Translations under genes and position numbers: made by a program
Notes under the pieces: model-generated
Seen by the model: the letters and a program-made list of their open reading frames with translations, nothing else
Database searches by the model: none
Told to the model about the DNA's origin: nothing
Part shown: positions 36,936 to 48,739 of the stretch, one piece after another
Layout of the letters: each line of letters begins with the position of its first letter
Position numbering within the stretch: position 1 is the first letter of the stretch
Source of the DNA: Girardia tigrina
Lineage: Eukaryota
Direction: 5' to 3'
DNA: 51,278 nt
Assembly: GCA_001938485.1 (NCBI GenBank)
Contig: MQRK01236832.1
Coordinates: 1 to 51,278, forward strand

Positions 36936-39370
36936 TTATTTATAATTATCAATTATTAATTATTTATACATTTTCTAATTTAATTTAACAAAAAATCACC
37001 TTTGATTATGAAGGGCGTGGAAAATGTTCAACAGAAAGGAAAATTACCCTTATCACTTAACAAAAAGTAGAATTAGGAATGTAACTATTTAGTATTATTT
37101 TTACAAGACCATATTTTTGATTAATAAATTAATTTGGATATTTTTTTTATTTCTTTCGTGCAAGAAAAAGTAAGAAATGAAAATATAAAAAAGTTTCCTC
37201 TTGAACATTTGTATTCGTATGGGAACTAATTAATCACAACCACATCAAGAGACAGCCTATTAGTCAAAAATGAAGTCAAAATATTATTATTTTTATTCTT
37301 ATGTACGTTTTTGAAAAAAAAAATTTGAAGTAATATTATGAGATTTTTTGTTTAATCTACGTAAAAGTAAATTATATATATTTTTATTATCATTAAAATG
37401 TTATTATAAAACCTGATCGAGAATCTTTAGTCAATTATTAAAAGAAACGTATCCTCGTATAATGTGACTGTAATAGACAAAACCAAACACAGGAAAACAC
37501 GTCGTCCCGTTTTTAGGGGAAGGCTTATGTAGTAGACTCTGACAACAATTCGTTATTCCTATTTTATTTCATGTAAACTATTAAGAACACCAACATGGGT
37601 TTTCAAACTTTTATTTTCATTACAATCAGAATTGTCTTTTGGACAACTCTCAGCAAAACTCTCGTCATTCGACATCGTTCTAAATTAATAATAATTTTAT
37701 TAATGTTTGTTAATAAACAATTATTCGAACAAATTTTTCATTATTTTCAGATTTTATTTTTACAGTTCAAATTTTGTAGTTTTAATATCAATTTTTATTT
37801 ACATATTAATTTTATTTAAAAATTATTTTATGTAAAGAAAGAACATTTAATTAATTCAAAACTTAATTAAAAGTATTTATTTTATTTAAATTTTAATATG
37901 AAGANNNNNNNNNNNNNNNNNNNNNNNNNNNNNNNNNNNNNNNNNNNNNNNNNNNNNNNNNNNNNNNNNNNNNNNNNNNNNNNNNNNNNNNNNNGAACAT
38001 CTAAAATATCAATTTTCCATCTGAGTGGGAGAAACACATTTCCAAATACTAAACTCAACATACAAAATTCAACAAACCAATTTCAACATACCAAATTTAA
38101 AATATTTCTCACATAAACATTTCGTTGATGATTGTGAATGTCAGACAATTGTGTTATTGTGTAACAACGTCGAAAATGCCACAAGACATACATGTATATT
38201 TTATAAATATTTGTTTTATATTTAACTGATTTCTTTTTTGCAATGCCTGATATTTTTGTTCCCATGTAATTTATTCACCTGTGGTATATTTTATACCTTT
38301 TGTACCAATTTTGTGTTATATTATTACTTATTTTTATATTTTATTTTTAAGAAGAAAAAAACAGAAAAGTAAGAAAATATAAAAGGAACATCTTAAAAAG
38401 AAAGAAATAAAGAAATCATAATTAACATTTAATTGTAATTATAATTATGCAATTATTGCAATAACCAGGAGGATTGTCAACCATTGGATTTCTGGAATCG
38501 TTTCCTTGCATTAATTCCTTTGCAATTCCACTAACTCAACCCAAACCAATCGCACCATTCCGCTGTCACATTCTATTGAATACGTGATTGACAAGACAAT
38601 CCCATCATTTAAACCAAAAAATTCCCAAACTTCACAGATTTCATACTCTCCGATCGTTGACTATTACATACTTGACGTAAATAGTTTGATAATTTATAGT
38701 GTTGTCTATACGAAATAATTTATTTAGTTTACGAAGCTATTTGTTTTTTAATTAAATTGCTAGATTTATCTAACCACGCACTAGTTACGTCAATTTAGTA
38801 AGATTTTTGTTTTGCGATTCGTTTATTCCTACATAACATTCCTACATAATCTGTTAAAACTCACTTTTCGTTTTTCTATTTGTTTTGTCAGTGAATAAAG
38901 AGTAAGTTTTACAATGACCACCAAAATTGAGGTTATTGCAAAAGTCATTGATGCTGTCTTGACAGTTAAATGTAAAGCTTTAGTTTCCAACTTAACTCAT
39001 GGAATTTCGTTTTTGATCAAGGCTTGTAAGTGTATATATACCTTTCTTATATTATACTGGATACATATAATGGGTAAATAACTTGTGTTGAAACTACTTG
39101 TGATTATGTATTTTTGAAAATAAATGTTTAAGCGTTAAAAAAGTAAATGTCAGAGTGAAGATCTTTAAGAAAATATTTATTATTATATGTAATAAAAAGA
39201 AATATATTTTTATAATATCTACAATATTTGTAATTATTAATCATTTTCAAATAACAAAAAATAACTTTGATCAAGTAATAAAAATTTTTTTATTCTTTTA
39301 CTATATTTTTCCATTCTTTTTACTAGCTTACTTTCTATACAGGTATATATATATACCTAAAATATATCTT

Positions 39371-40284
39371 TGTACCGAAAATATTTTTATATGATCAGGT
39401 TAGGAATATAGTTTAGGGCAATTAAATTAATAAAATGGAAAATGAACAGTATTTTTTCCATTCTTTTTATTAGCTTACTTTCTAAATGTATCCATGGAAT
39501 TTAGAAACCTATTTTGGAAGGCTTTTTACTCAATTAATTTTCTTCATGATCAAAAAAACTTTTTAAGATCCCAAAATCCAAGTTGCAATAGTTTATTGGA
39601 ATAGAATATTATGATAATATCATATCGCTTATACAAAATTTACCTTAATTTAGCTCACAAATATCTAAAAGATTTCGTTTACAAAAAATTGAAAGCAAAA
39701 AAAATTTTAAAAAACAATAACACATGTTTTACATTCCATAAAAAATGGATTTTTTTGACCAATTGAAAAAACCTTTAACTAGAAAATCAAAAGAAATTTT
39801 ATATCCATTCTTTATGCAGACAGAACTCTATTTGGCTACAAAATTTTAATTAAAAAAATATTTTTAATAACAAACACTAAAATATTAAAAATTTCTGTTG
39901 GCCAACTTGACTTAATTTATTTTTTAATTTTATTTTTGTGTAACATAAACTACTTATAATTTATAAGTAGATCTTTTTATGCTAACATTGTTCAGGAACT
40001 CTGATTTTTGTTTTGTTCCAATTTCGAGACCTTAAAAAGTTTATTTTGATAAAATTTTCTCATTATCATTTTTTGTCATCGAGAATGAGTAAATGTGCAA
40101 AGTTAGGAGAAAATTGATTGAGTAAAAGGCCTTCTAAAATAAGTTTCTAAATTCCATGAATACATTTATAAAGCAAGCTAATAAAAAGAATGGAAAATAA
40201 TAATGTTCTTTTTCCATTTTATTAATTTAATTACCCTAAAGTATATTCCTAACCTGATCATATAAAAAAATATTTTCGGCGCCC
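39371..40284. mobile_element. Long-TIR foldback / MITE-like element
   Basis: 39375-39545 is an imperfect inverted repeat of ~40105-40279 (CCGAAAATATTTTT..ATGATCAGGTTAGGAATATA..TTAGGG.AATTAAATTAATAAAATGGAAAA). Further inner pairing at 39549-39577 / 40020-40051 and 39832-39850 / 39883-39905. No ORF. Confidence 0.8.
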
Positions 40285-40549
40285 AAGTTAGGTGTCAAAT
40301 TCTCCCAATGTTAAATTGGCGATTTCCCAAAACTGATAATAAATAATAAAAATTGTATTAAGTTTCATGACTTTATCATAAATTTTAGTCAGTTTTTTAT
40401 ATTTCTTTCAATGAAATTTCTTTTTAAATGTAATTATTATATTATTAATTTAAATATCTCAGTAGATAAAAAATTTCTGTGTTGTATGTTGATTCTTTTT
40501 ATTCACAAATTTAACCATAAATTAAAAATTACTTATTATGAAAAATATA

Positions 40550-41730
40550 ATTATTAATTCAGTTGAAAGAATTTTCTTCCTCGTTACCTTTATTTCTGAG
40601 AGCGGAATTTCTTAGAAGACATTAATTGTAAGTCCAGAGAAAAATGTTTTACAACAATAAATTTTTGTTTTACACGATTTGTTTTACAAAAAATAACAAT
40701 ATATATATAGGTCTTCCTCAAAATCGCAACAGGTCAAAATCCATTTCTGTCCTCTTCCATTTAAAATACAATATTTGGAGAAATTGAATTCATGTTATGT
40801 AGAAACGAAGACACATGTTCCTGAGTTTGAAATATCAGAAAAACGTCAAAATATCTTTTGTATAACAATAATTTAATATTCAGCTAATAGTTCGTTGTTA
40901 TTAATATATAAAAGCTATGTTAATGACATTATTCAGGTCTTTATAAAAAAGGATATAAAAAGAATATGAACGAAGGTTTTCTTTGTTAGAAACAATTATT
41001 AAATTGTTTAATAACAATAGATATTCTAAGTCTTTTATTGAGAAAGTCACTCTTGAGACTTAAGAAAAAATAATTGAAAGAGAACAAATTGAGATTCCTC
41101 AGTCTAAAGAGACAATTAATTCATCTGTGGATGAAAGAGTGAAGGATAAAGTTGACAAGGGTCTTAGGATAGAAAATTCTTTCATAGTGGGATATACATT
41201 GACCTTACCTTATTATGAAGGATTCAAACATCTAAATAATTCTATTCTTAAAGTAATAAATAATCTTTTAAATGTTAAAATCATATATTTAAAAGTGAAA
41301 ATATGTTTAATAATAAATAACCTACTCCTTTGAGTTTGTGTTCGGACGTTGTTTATCATTATACATGTAATGGGTGCAATACGACAAACATTGGAAGGCT
41401 ACCCGTCATCTCAACAAATGAGTCAAAGAACACGCTTATAGAGGGGGTAATAGTAATATTGCTGAGCATAGGAAAACTTGTAAATGTGATTGTAGATTAA
41501 AAGATTTCAAACCTCCATGCGGCATTTCGAGAGTGTCGTGTGAAGCTTTGTGAATAAAGTCTCTTGATCCTGAAATTATTATTCGAACGAAAATCTCTGC
41601 CAATTCGTTAATATTTGTTTTAATAATTTTACGTAATCGATTATGAAATAATTATTTCATGTATTTTTCAGTGATCAACATCATCAAAATATATTATCAC
41701 AGAAAATATATATTGAAATGGCTTTCCTTT
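40550..41730 (+). mobile_element. Penelope-like element remnant (thumb, linker, GIY-YIG)
   Basis: TLTLPYYEGFKHL..., TPLSLCSDVVYHYTCNGCNTTNIG..RHL...VKEH, SLDPEI. Confidence 0.8.
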
Positions 41731-42684
41731 TGTTTTTCTTTTAAATTGCCATTATTTTTTAAATTTATTCAAAATAATAATTTAAATAATTTTTAATAAT
41801 AATTTAAACAAATAGTTATTTTAAAATGTTTAAATAATACAATCAGTTTTTTTCAATATTTTTTCTGTCCACATCTTCTCTGAAGTAGTTTTGATAAGAT
41901 TTAGTAAAGAATTATTTGGAAAAAATTATTTTCCTTTAAGCGTTAATTAAAATAACAATTAAATATTAAATTGAGCTTTATAGATGAAATATTTCATCCT
42001 AATGGAAAAACTTAAAATTTCAACAATGACCGTTGTAAATAATTTTATACAATAAATTGTACTTTTATATTTACTTATTTTAACTTTTTGAATTGATTTT
42101 AACTAAACAACCTGAAATTTAAAATAAATAATCGTTTTGGTAATTTTTTATTTCATTCGTTTAGTTTTTCAAATTATTATTATTATTAGAACGCCTTAGA
42201 AGAAGTCGAGATTTCCCTCCATAAACATTTATTTATAAGATAGAAATCTGTGATCTTCTTTTGAGTCGGGATTTTTCTCGAACCTTCGTAATCCTTTCCA
42301 GAATGAATGCTTTTAAAATAATTGTCAGATTCGTTTATTTAAACAACAATAATTTCATTTCATTTGTAACATTTTAATTATATTTAACTTCTGGTAAATT
42401 TAATTAAATTTCATCAAACTTTTAAAAGTGATTTTATAAATTCGGTAATTATTTTTGGATAGATAACATACTTTTCAACATACGACACATCATACCAAAC
42501 ACTACTCACAGAGCGAAAAATTATTTAATTGACCGAACAGAAGAATAACTAATTGAGTAAAATAAATAATTAAATACTTTCAACAATAATTTTCCTACTT
42601 TGGGGACAATCAATGCGATAGCTTTTTAGTCTATTCATAGCATCCATACTTACATTCATTAAAGAGAGAGAGAGAATTTTTTTA

Positions 42685-43080
42685 TTAATATTAAGTGAAA
42701 CTCCGATTACCCGGATATACAATTATCAGGAAAAGATCTCAAAATTGTTAAGGTACCCATTTTATGCTAGATCAACATTTTAATTTATAAATCCTAACAC
42801 AACCATAACATGTTCTCTTCAATATTATCAGAAGAAATGAATTTTGAACAAAAATTAATTTTTGGATTCCGTTTGTGATTATACAATTACTGAGTAATCA
42901 GTATATCATTTAAATACTCTCAATAAAATTTCAGATCTCAGTTTAGATTCAGAGGTAAATTTTACTCCCATGTAAATCTGTGCCTTCAATTTAAGAATAA
43001 TTTGGAATGAATTATCAGATTTTGGAGAGTTTATATCCCTTGTACACTGTTTTCTACCCCCTGTAATATTACTTTCCCTT
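42685..43080 (+). mobile_element. Possible LINE APE-endonuclease remnant
   Basis: ILSETP.RLPGYTIIRK resembles APE ISETW...LPGYxxxRKDR. Confidence 0.4.
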
Positions 43081-43129
43081 TTAGTTCCAACTTTGTTTTA
43101 AATTTTTTTATAGAGAATTCAAGGAATGT

Positions 43130-43300
43130 TCCAAATGTTAATGGTGTTGCACCCATTACATGTGTATTTGTAAACGAGATCTGAACACAATCCTCGTGGT
43201 GTAGTACTTTTATTTCCGAACATGCTTACAATGATTTTAGAACGTGATTTTAAATGAATGACATTATTTTATGCCTAATTCTTTAAATTTAAAAATAATA
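43130..43300 (-). mobile_element. Penelope-like GIY-YIG fragment
   Basis: NKSTTPRGLCSDLVYKYTCNGCN. Confidence 0.75.
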
Positions 43301-43639
43301 TTATATACTCAAAAGTTTGAAGAGTGTTCGGCAATAAATCTCCAATGCTTCATGAAAATAAAGGAAAAATCTGGGACAAAAAAAGTAATCTGATTTTTTG
43401 TAGAGTTTATAATGCTAATACTTTAAAGGTCATGTCTGCAATCTTTAAATTATTAGGTTTTCAAGTATGAAATATGTAGGCATGATTACAATAAATTTAA
43501 ATAGTTATAATTTGACAATGACTAAACATTTTGTTGCTCACTTTTATTTGGTTGATAGCTACATATCTTGGTTATTGAACACATCAATAAAAAAATTGAC
43601 ATTATTGATAACTGGTTTTAATAATCAGTATTTTAAAAA

Positions 43640-44090
43640 ATGAAAAAAAAACAGAAATTCGATCTATTATGAAGTACGAGTATCTACTGGAGCCTCTGCA
43701 TCACAAACCATGCAAAACATCAATAGTCGATGAAAATGAACTTCGAAGTCGACGAGGAACGCAAAGAGACCATGACGAACTGAATGTAACCTGATCCTTC
43801 ATAAAGTTTTCATAATTTATTGCTTACTTTTGTTGTTACAAAGCAAACAATATTGAATCACTTCGCTCAAATTGGTAAATGAAAAAGTTAGATAAGTGGA
43901 TTCCACATGAGTAGAATAAAAAGCAGAAACAAAAGCGTTTGGATGCTTGATTGAGGATTTTTTCTCGTTATAAATGTTAGCACTTTTTTAATCGAAGAAT
44001 CACTTATGTTAAAAAGTGTATCCAATATGATATTTTTAAATGTTCATCAAGGTAAGTGGACACAAATGAAGCACTATGGGCACAAAAATG
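43640..44090 (+). mobile_element. Old, deleted cecropia-subfamily mariner
   Basis: KTEIRSIMKYEY..GASASQTMQNINS and KLDKWIPHE*NKKQKQKRLDA. Related to, but diverged from, the 44906 element. Confidence 0.8.
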
Positions 44091-44905
44091 GACACAAATT
44101 GAATATTTAAATTATTATTAAATTTATTATTTTCTAATTTTCTTTAAAATACTATAAAGAAGACAAAGTGTTAATCAATAAAGAAGGCGAAAGTTCAGTG
44201 CCCTTCGGTTTATAACGTTCTTAATTTTCTTAAAACAATATTAGAAACCTAAACTTATATCTTTTAATGATCTCTTTTAGAAGTCTTATTGAATAAAAGT
44301 CATTAAAAAAGAAATAAAGTTTTTCTTTTCTATTTTGTAAATAATAAATTCAGAAAATAAAAACTTACGCTATTTTTATTACTGGCAAAATAAAAGTAGA
44401 TAGAGCCAGAATCAGAATAGAGGTAGGATATAAAACAGAAAGTTTTAAATAGTTAACCTTTATTTCGATGTTATTATTACCTTTTTATGTATAAATTTAT
44501 ATGATCATGACAATAGTTGGAAATTAATTCCTAAGTGATAATAAATAATATCACAGTTCATTTTCTATCAAAAAGCGACATTCTTGACAGAAATTTTTAA
44601 ACTTTGGTAGACTAAACAATTTGAGTTAGTTATATAATGATAACATCTTTTTTAGTTTATTTTTTTAAAGCCGCATTCTGAAATAATCACTTGATAAACT
44701 GTACCAAAGAACAAACAGCTAGACAATAGGAAGGGTGAGCTTCCGATCTATGATCTTCATCTTTTAAAATCTGAATTTGTTAAAATAGAAAAAGTTGTTT
44801 TTTTTGGTATTTTAATCCAAAATACATTTTACAGTATGATATTACAGATGTAATATAATAATAATAATTAACTGGATAAAATAATCATTTCATATGTATG
44901 TTATA

Positions 44906-46036
44906 TTAGGTTGTTCGATATGAAACGGGTCAAACTTCACACCTTACATTTCAATCGCGTATAACTTAACTTTGAACTATCGTATGAAAATAAATAAGGT
45001 ATTTTTTGACAGATATATTATTCCTCTTTAAAAATCAATTATTTAGTTTCAAATATATTGAATAGTTTCTTGTCAACAAACAATCAAACAGCGCAATGGA
45101 AATCAGTGAAATCAGAATTTTAATGAAATATGAGTTCCACCGTGGAGCCACAACACGTCAGGCAGNNNNNNNNNNNNNNNNNNNNNNNNNNNNNNNNNNN
45201 NNNNNNNNNNNNNNNNNNNNNNNNNNNNNNNNNNNNNNNNNNNNNNNNNNNNNNNNNNNNNNNNNNNNNNNNNNNNNNNNNNNNNNNNNNNNNNNNNNNN
45301 NNNNNNNNNNNNNNNNNNNNNNNNNNNNNNNNNNNNNNNNNNNNNNNNNNNNNNNNNNNNNNNNNNNNNNNNNNNNNNNNNNNNNNNNNNNNNNNNNNNN
45401 NNNNNNNNNNNNNNNNNNNNNNNNNNNNNNNNNNNNNNNNNNNNNNNNNNNNNNNNNNNNNNNNNNNNNNNNNNNNNNNNNNNNNNNNNNNNNNNNNNNN
45501 NNNNNNNNNNNNNNNNNNNNNNNNNNNNNNNNNNNNNNNNNNNNNNNNNNNNNNNNNNNNNNNNNNNNNNNNNNNNNNNNNNNNNNNNNNNNNNNNNNNN
45601 NNNNNNNNNNNNNNNNNNNNNNNNNNNNNNNNNNNNNNNNNNNNNNNNNNNNNNNNNNNNNNNNNNNNNNNNNNNNNNNNNNNNNNNNNNNNNNNNNNNN
45701 NNNNNNNNNNNNNNNNNNNNNNNNNNNNNNNNNNNNNNNNNNNNNNNNNNNNNNNNNNNNNNNNNNNNNNNNNNNNNNNNNNNNNNNNNNNNNNNNNNNN
45801 NNNNNNNNNNNNNNNNNNNNNNNNNNNNNNNNNNNNNNNNNNNNNNNNNNNNNNNNNNNNNNNNNNNNNNNNNNNNNNNNNNNNNNNNNNNNNNNNNNNN
45901 NNNNNNNNNNNNNNNNNNNNAACAGTGTGTTGACAACATGGGGGGATATTTTGATTAAAAATAAAATGTTATTATTTAAAAAAAATCGTTTTACATTTTA
46001 CTTTAATTTTGACCCGTTTCATATCGAACAACCTAA
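44906..46036 (+). mobile_element. Dtmar1-like mariner (cecropia subfamily), young copy; interior is an N-gap
   Basis: Perfect 29-bp TIRs TTAGGTTGTTCGATATGAAACGGGTCAAA with TA TSD. ORF starts at 45096 MEISEIRILMKYEFHRGATTRQA and ends QCVDNMGGYFD* at 45958. Confidence 0.95.
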
Positions 46037-46038
46037 TA

Positions 46039-46076
<38 letters not shown>
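46037..46076. repeat. (TA)n microsatellite at the mariner insertion site
   Basis: Direct observation. Confidence 0.85.
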
Positions 46077-46078
<2 letters not shown>

Positions 46079-46539
46079 AATATATATGTGTGTTAAACTA
46101 AATTACAAATAATTTTATTGATATCCTTTTGTCATAAGATAGCTTCATCGAATTCTGTTCTACTCCATATTACAGACGATTCTAAAGAGCATACTTTATA
46201 CATTAAAAACGCAATTATATGATAAAACATTTTATTAAAGCAATATAATTTTACAGAATATTGACCATCATAAAGTTCTTCTGATCATAGTTGTTAAAAT
46301 ATACAAGTTCAATGATGATTATGTAATTAATTATAAAATAACTGTTTCACGCCAAATATTTCAACAAAGTGATGAGTCACTTGATTGGACATTAATTGTT
46401 TAATCAATAGCTAAAGGTATTTATGCTTCATATGAGACTCTTTTCCAATAGTTTATAATTGCTGTTTATTACTTTAAAATTGTTTATTTCAACAGTGGTT
46501 TTATATTAATCAATATTAATACTACCTCTTAATTATCTG

Positions 46540-47550
46540 TTCTCACGAAACTATTTACAGAGATGACGAACCGTCTCTCCATGTGTATGCATTTGAACTT
46601 ATAACATTCAAATTTATTTACAAGATCAGAGCATAAACTCAAAGAAGTTGTCGATTTATTACTCGACACTTTCTGAATTTTTTATGTTTCGAATACGATT
46701 AATAGATTCAAATTCTTAGAACTAATTTATTTTAGAATAGTAAATTTGAAATTTTTAAAACCTTTAAAATAAGATACAATTGATGTATAGCTCCAATTAA
46801 GTCTCACATTAGTTTCTTTCTCGTGTTTATAATCTTCCCTTCCTTCAATTGTTTTATTTACACCATTTTTAAATAATTTATCAATTTTTTCTAGTTAATT
46901 TCTCAAGAAAAACTTTGAACAGTCATTCTTGTGTAAAGGATAACTCAAATTGTTTAAACTAGAAAAAAACATGAAATAAGTTGAGGAAAAAGACCAAAAA
47001 TGAATCACCAAGCCTTCAATAATGTTATGATGATACTTTGGTACACAAACCTTTTTGGAGTGGCATACAACCCCATATCAGTTTTCTTTCTGTAGATTTC
47101 TTTTTCGTAACACCAACCCTTCCTTGCAATTAACAAATCCAAAAAAGGTAATGAACCATTCTTTTCTTCTTCATAGCATTGGATGCTATGAAAATCAATA
47201 ATTCTCAAAACGCTACCTCATCCGTATTTTTAAGAAGATTTACATTATTTTCTATATTTTACAACAGAAATCAATTTTCTCAAAGGAACATTCGTCAATA
47301 AATTCTCAATATCAAAAGAAATAAATGTATTTTTTTGAAAATTAAAAAATGATGGCAACTTATGTTTAAAAACAAAAATCAATTGTTTCTTTGATCAATT
47401 TCTCAACAATTGATTTTGAATAACCATTTTTATTCAATAATTTGATTAATTGGTTAATGCTATCACAATTGTTTGTATAAATTGATGATAATGACCAAGA
47501 TCGAAAAATACATTCTCTAATCAAATTATATTTTATATCGAGATTCACAA
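46540..47550 (-). mobile_element. Penelope-like element mosaic (RT, thumb and GIY-YIG fragments)
   Basis: ISFDIENLLTNVP, EEEKNGSLPFLDLLI...IYRKKTDMGLY, KYNLIRECIFRSW...KNGYS, NKSTTSLSLCSDLVNKFEC...GETVRHL. Confidence 0.88.
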
Positions 47551-47559
47551 AAACTGTTT

Positions 47560-48020
47560 GGCATATTTATATGTAATGGGTGTAATGCCACGTACATTGT
47601 AGAGACGTCCCGTCATCTCTCTAGGAGAATCCAAGAACATGGTCAGAATGTAGGAGGAAGTAATATTGCAAAACACAGAAAGCGTTGTAATTCGAAAGAA
47701 AATATAAACATAAATGATTTTAAATTTCTGTGCACTCGTTTTAAAAACTATTGGGAGAGGGTGGCCTGTGAAGCACTTTATATCAGATCTTTAGATCCTA
47801 AGATTGATGTGGAACGGGTCTCTCGAAAACCCTATTGAGAGTGTTTAGATGACATAACAATACATTGATGACGTAATTACTTCCTGTCTATATAAACAGA
47901 TATAAAACTCTTTTTTTCTTGAGACCTGACGATGACGGTTATACCATCGAAATTCATTGTCGTAAAAAATAAATGTTTATTTACCAAAGGGCGTGTATTT
48001 TTGTAATTATCGCTATTTTG
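47560..48020 (+). mobile_element. Penelope-like element 3' end (GIY-YIG plus pseudo-LTR)
   Basis: Open frame FICNGCNATYIVETSRHLSRRIQEHGQNVGGSNIAKH...FKNYWERVACEALYIRSLDPKID, then a hammerhead. Confidence 0.92.
47921..47961 (+). ncRNA. Minimal type I hammerhead ribozyme motif
   Basis: GAC-CTGACGA-T-GACGGT-TAT-ACCATC-GAAA-TTCAT-T-GTC. Helix I GAC/GTC; helix II 5 of 6 pairs. Confidence 0.75.
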
Positions 48021-48739
48021 AATAAGTCCCTATTTTGATGTCGCTAATTTAACAGTGTTTCTTTGGCCGCGAGTCACCGATTATATATTTACCGTGGAAA
48101 GAACTTCTAAAGAGACATTTACAAACCGAATTTCAAAAAGAATCACAGAAAATAATTATGAAATGATAAACAATTAACTGAACGAACTCATTCCACATAT
48201 TCCAAGCTGAAACCAAGGATTAAAGAGACCAAGTTATTAATATAATCCTGAAGATTAAAAAGTTTTGCACTCCTTTTTTGGAAGTCAAACAAATTATCAT
48301 ATCATAAAGCCGATTTCCCCATATACAATCGTATTTTCCCAGCGTAGTTCGACTAAATTGGCTGTTAGTTATACTTTTCCTGATACTATTTTAGTTACTT
48401 CCAAAGACTTAAACTGCTTTTTTATTTGGATCTAAATCACTGTTTTATTCTTTTTTAAAGTTTCTTCCAGTTGTTTTTTGTTGATTTATTTATTTATTAT
48501 AACCTTAATAAAATAAAGTTCACAAATTTGAAGTGAATCAATAGTGAGTTAACTGCTAACAAAATTCGTTATTTTTTATAAAAAAATATGAATATTTTAT
48601 ATAGAGGGGGCGCTTAGTGCAAACATTTCAAATACTATCATTAAATATGTTCGTTATAATTATTTTTAATTATTTGGTTTCATTACTAATATAAATCATC
48701 TTATAAATTATTATAAATAAAATTTTATTATTATTTCAG

